Assembly (NCBI GenBank): GCA_963555755.3
Contig: OY820905.2
Location: 1,216,001-1,280,000, forward strand
Length of the DNA stretch: 64,000 nucleotides
DNA from: Nitrospirales bacterium
Lineage (GTDB): Bacteria; Nitrospirota; Nitrospiria; Nitrospirales; UBA8639
Direction: 5' to 3'
Below are positions 61,014 through 64,000 of this stretch, piece by piece. The number at the start of each line of letters is the position of its first letter. Position 1 is the stretch's first letter. A program made the translations under genes and the position numbers. Under the pieces are notes generated by a model. That model had not been told where the DNA came from. It did no database searches and was given only the letters and a program-made list of their open reading frames with translations.

Positions 61014-62639
61014 TTATAATTCTACCAGATGAGGTTTGATATAGAACAGGAGGATAAAGCCCACCAACATCAACACCCCAATTGAGACAACTCCCGCGAC
61101 TCGATCATAGGGAGCCGGCAAGCGAATCTCCAGCCAACGTCCACACCCGACGAGGACCCCTAACACCCCCATCGACACATGTGTACTCTGAATGAGAAAC
61201 TCTTGCTTCAGTTCGGCAATACTGTGTGAATGCGTAAGGAGCAGAATGCCGCCGACAATGCATAACAGTGGAAACACCAACCGCAACTGGGTGTGCGTGA
61301 ACCGTTCATCTCGGGCTCGCCATTCGAACCATCCCAGGCCGAACACGACCCCCGCGGCAAGCCAATGCTGTACCACTTCCGTTTCTTGCAAACTGGCGAT
61401 AAACCCGATCGACCCAAGCGGCCAATGATCCGGATTGGCAAACACAAAGATCACCACGGAAAACCCAATAAACATCAGAGGCCAATACCGTGCCCAGCGA
61501 AATCCGCCAAGCCGATCGAACAACGCCACAATCGCCATGGCAATGATCATCACCCCCGAAAAATTGTGGTTAAATCGATCCCAACTCAGATCTTCCTTCT
61601 TCCCCATTTCACCTGTTCGAAGATCCGTGAGTTCCGGGGCATCGATGAGGATTAATTCCGGCCCGGTTAATCTTGGCGCTTTGGGATGAAACATCGTCCA
61701 CATTTCCGCTGGAGATGCGGTCTCTTTCGGAACATCCACTGACGGAGGAAACCCCGTTAACGAGGCTGCCGTAAATAACAACGCCACGGCCAAAATGATC
61801 TCGACTTCAATGTAGACGGGAACACGCTGCTGCATGATGGTTGGATTATTCGAACTGTTCCACTCCCGCGCCGCAAAAAAGTTCAGTGCGGCCAACACCA
61901 ACACACAAACCAACAATCCGACTTTGACGAGAACCATATTGCCATACCCCGTGCCAATCAGCCCACTCCATCCTCCAACATACATCCATGCTAAATACAG
62001 GCCCGGGACAACAATAAGACTGACGCACGCGATCCCCATGGGAGAAAATCTAGAAACGAGTTCCACCCACAATCCCGAGTCCTCCTGACAGAGAAATTTC
62101 CACAGGAGCAATACATGTGCGACACCACCAGCCCATACGGTTGCACCGAGGACATGGATCATGGTCACCACCATCAACGGGCCGCCCCCTTCAAGCCGGC
62201 TTGCGGCATGACTGAGCCATCCTTCATTCACCATAAACGCCCCAGCACAGACCAGGACGACACACCACCGGCTAGCAGAACCGACCTGCCTTTTGACGAA
62301 CACCAACGCACCGACCAACCCGAGGGCGAGCACGACGCTGATCACCAAACATTGAAACACGCGGGTTTGGGCAAATGCTGAAAACACAGAGGCCCCAGTC
62401 GATACGGTTAAGGCCAAGGGTTTCATGAAGAGTTGAAGAACCCGAAGTCCGGCAAGGCTCATCGCACTAGCAAGGGTCAGGACAAGAACCCGTTGAACGC
62501 CGGTCTGGAGAAGGGGTCGGGTGTCATGAGTGACTCGAAGAACGGCAAGTGCACACCCAATGCCACCCAGCACTAAGGCAAGAGCGATAAGAGTCACGCC
62601 ATCGAGCAAGCCGCTGACGAATTCTAAGAGATCTGTCAT
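61014..62639 (-). CDS. copD: CopD-family copper resistance/uptake membrane protein, extended
   Basis: SHAASR, HVLGATVWAGG, RFS and YG...VK; His-rich C-terminal TM domain. Confidence 0.85.
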   Translation of the reverse strand: MTDLLEFVSGLLDGVTLIALALVLGGIGCALAVLRVTHDTRPLLQTGVQRVLVLTLASAMSLAGLRVLQLFMKPLALTVSTGASVFSAFAQTRVFQCLVISVVLALGLVGALVFVKRQVGSASRWCVVLVCAGAFMVNEGWLSHAASRLEGGGPLMVVTMIHVLGATVWAGGVAHVLLLWKFLCQEDSGLWVELVSRFSPMGIACVSLIVVPGLYLAWMYVGGWSGLIGTGYGNMVLVKVGLLVCVLVLAALNFFAAREWNSSNNPTIMQQRVPVYIEVEIILAVALLFTAASLTGFPPSVDVPKETASPAEMWTMFHPKAPRLTGPELILIDAPELTDLRTGEMGKKEDLSWDRFNHNFSGVMIIAMAIVALFDRLGGFRWARYWPLMFIGFSVVIFVFANPDHWPLGSIGFIASLQETEVVQHWLAAGVVFGLGWFEWRARDERFTHTQLRLVFPLLCIVGGILLLTHSHSIAELKQEFLIQSTHVSMGVLGVLVGCGRWLEIRLPAPYDRVAGVVSIGVLMLVGFILLFYIKPHLVEL

Positions 62640-62648
62640 GGAGTGAAA

Positions 62649-63086
62649 TTATGGAGCAAGAATCGTAAATCGGATGGACCCTTCGGTCACGTGCCCATCC
62701 GTTGCCAGCACCGTATAATTTACGAGATAGACCCCGGGAGGCAAGGGAGGGACCGTCGCGACAATACAATCGACGGTTGACGCGTCCGTCATCTTCAAGG
62801 CTTGTGTGTGTTTCTTCAGATCGACTAACGTGACATGGGTAATCGACGGTTCCAGAGTTGCATTGAAGCGCAGCGATACGACTGCTGGCGACTCCTCAAG
62901 AACAGCCCCATGAGACGGAGAGGATTCAATCAATACGCCATGCCCCCAGGAAGGAGGACAAAGCACAAAGAGGCAGAACAGGGTCACGAGACAAAGGATC
63001 AATCGGTTCGTCAATGTCTGAACACCACGCGTACGTTCGCCCATTTGAGACAATCCTCCATCTGAAAAGACTTCCTTAATCGACAT
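62649..63086 (-). CDS. copC: CopC periplasmic copper-binding protein
   Basis: Signal peptide, then HGVLIESSP ... DGHVTEG. Confidence 0.9.
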   Translation of the reverse strand: MSIKEVFSDGGLSQMGERTRGVQTLTNRLILCLVTLFCLFVLCPPSWGHGVLIESSPSHGAVLEESPAVVSLRFNATLEPSITHVTLVDLKKHTQALKMTDASTVDCIVATVPPLPPGVYLVNYTVLATDGHVTEGSIRFTILAP

Positions 63087-63284
63087 GAGTGTCTGCTAAT
63101 ACTTGAGACTCGATCATCACCTTCAACTCGGAAATCCACTCTAGGAGCCTGTCCGACCGAAGACTACTGAACCGACCCTCTAGATACAAGTACTTTACAA
63201 ATTTTTCGGCAAACAGCATATTCCGCATGTCATGACCTGAACACCAGCTCATTACCATGTCGGCTTTTATCGAAGGGATTTATC

Positions 63285-64000
63285 ATGCGTGCAAGAAACC
63301 AACGCGTTGGCATCATCCCACTAGCCCTACTCTTGACCGGCCTATGTTCAACGATGGCCACATCTTCAGAGGCCACAGTATTATCGAATGCAGCGGAGAA
63401 AGCCAAGCGAGCCACAATTGGGGTGTTACGCCCTCCCGCAGAACGTGCCACCATTTCTGGCCAAACCCCCTTTTCAATCAGAGGATCAGGAACCCACATT
63501 GGGAACGGCTATCTCCTCACCGCCCGACATGCCATTGAACGCCAAGAAGGTGGGCAAAGGATCACCCCCAAGACCATTCAGGTGATAACCAGCGACCTGC
63601 ACGAACTCGAGGCTACCTTGGTTGGCGTCAATGCCTTTCTCGATATCGCGCTGTATCGCATTCCGAAATCATCACACGCTGCCATCTTAGACCAGGCCAC
63701 CTTTGCTCAAACCGAATCCCTCTCGGGTGATGAAGTGTTCACCGTAGGTTATCCACTGGGATGGGGGCCGGCCCTGAGCTTTGGACGCGTGGGCAACCCC
63801 AATACGTTCCTGGAAACGATTCAATCACGGCTCTTACAAATTGACCTTTCAGCCTGTAGCGGAAACTCCGGGGGGGGATTATTTAACAAGCAAGGTGAGA
63901 TTGTCGGGGTGATCCATGCCATTATTCAAACAGAACCCACGCAAGGGGAACGTCGTTGCAGCCGTTTCGCCTTTGCCGTTCCTGGCCTTATCGTCCAAAA
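63285..64000 (+). CDS. Trypsin-like serine protease (runs off the window)
   Basis: ATG at 63285 with signal peptide; LTARH, LDIAL, VGYP and SGNSGG (not in the ORF track). Confidence 0.85.
   Translation, partial: MRARNQRVGIIPLALLLTGLCSTMATSSEATVLSNAAEKAKRATIGVLRPPAERATISGQTPFSIRGSGTHIGNGYLLTARHAIERQEGGQRITPKTIQVITSDLHELEATLVGVNAFLDIALYRIPKSSHAAILDQATFAQTESLSGDEVFTVGYPLGWGPALSFGRVGNPNTFLETIQSRLLQIDLSACSGNSGGGLFNKQGEIVGVIHAIIQTEPTQGERRCSRFAFAVPGLIVQ

Overview
Bacterial chromosomal window of moderate GC. It is most likely from a Nitrospirales (Nitrospira-like) organism, inferred from gene content and order (nuoA-MidA, smbP, rsmD-coaD-aspC-FmdB, soxC-cytochrome c, copCD). Housekeeping genes are interspersed with many small repeats: several ERIC/RPE-like MITE families with clear target-site duplications (TSDs), REP-like palindromes, and inverted heptamer arrays, two of them around remnants of a four-helix-bundle gene. 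Five IS elements are present (IS1380, IS630, two IS256 and an IS1/IS1595-like element), plus an IS91 fragment. The most notable region is 33.2-44.0 kb. A group II intron with an RT sits in a dispersed TCTGACC motif that its EBS1 loop matches. A second group II intron begins exactly at the 3' end of the first intron's catalytic domain V (DV), and its EBS1 loop matches that conserved DV sequence, which suggests an intron that homes into other introns. An IS is inserted in the DV loop, an IS256-associated deletion truncates the nest, and a small integrase island lies in tRNA-Arg(CCT). Separately, most of the decaying mobile genes carry conserved-motif substitutions explained by single A:T->C:G transversions, a MutT-deficiency-like or possibly element-targeted mutational signature. 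All family assignments come from motif recognition; no database searches were run.
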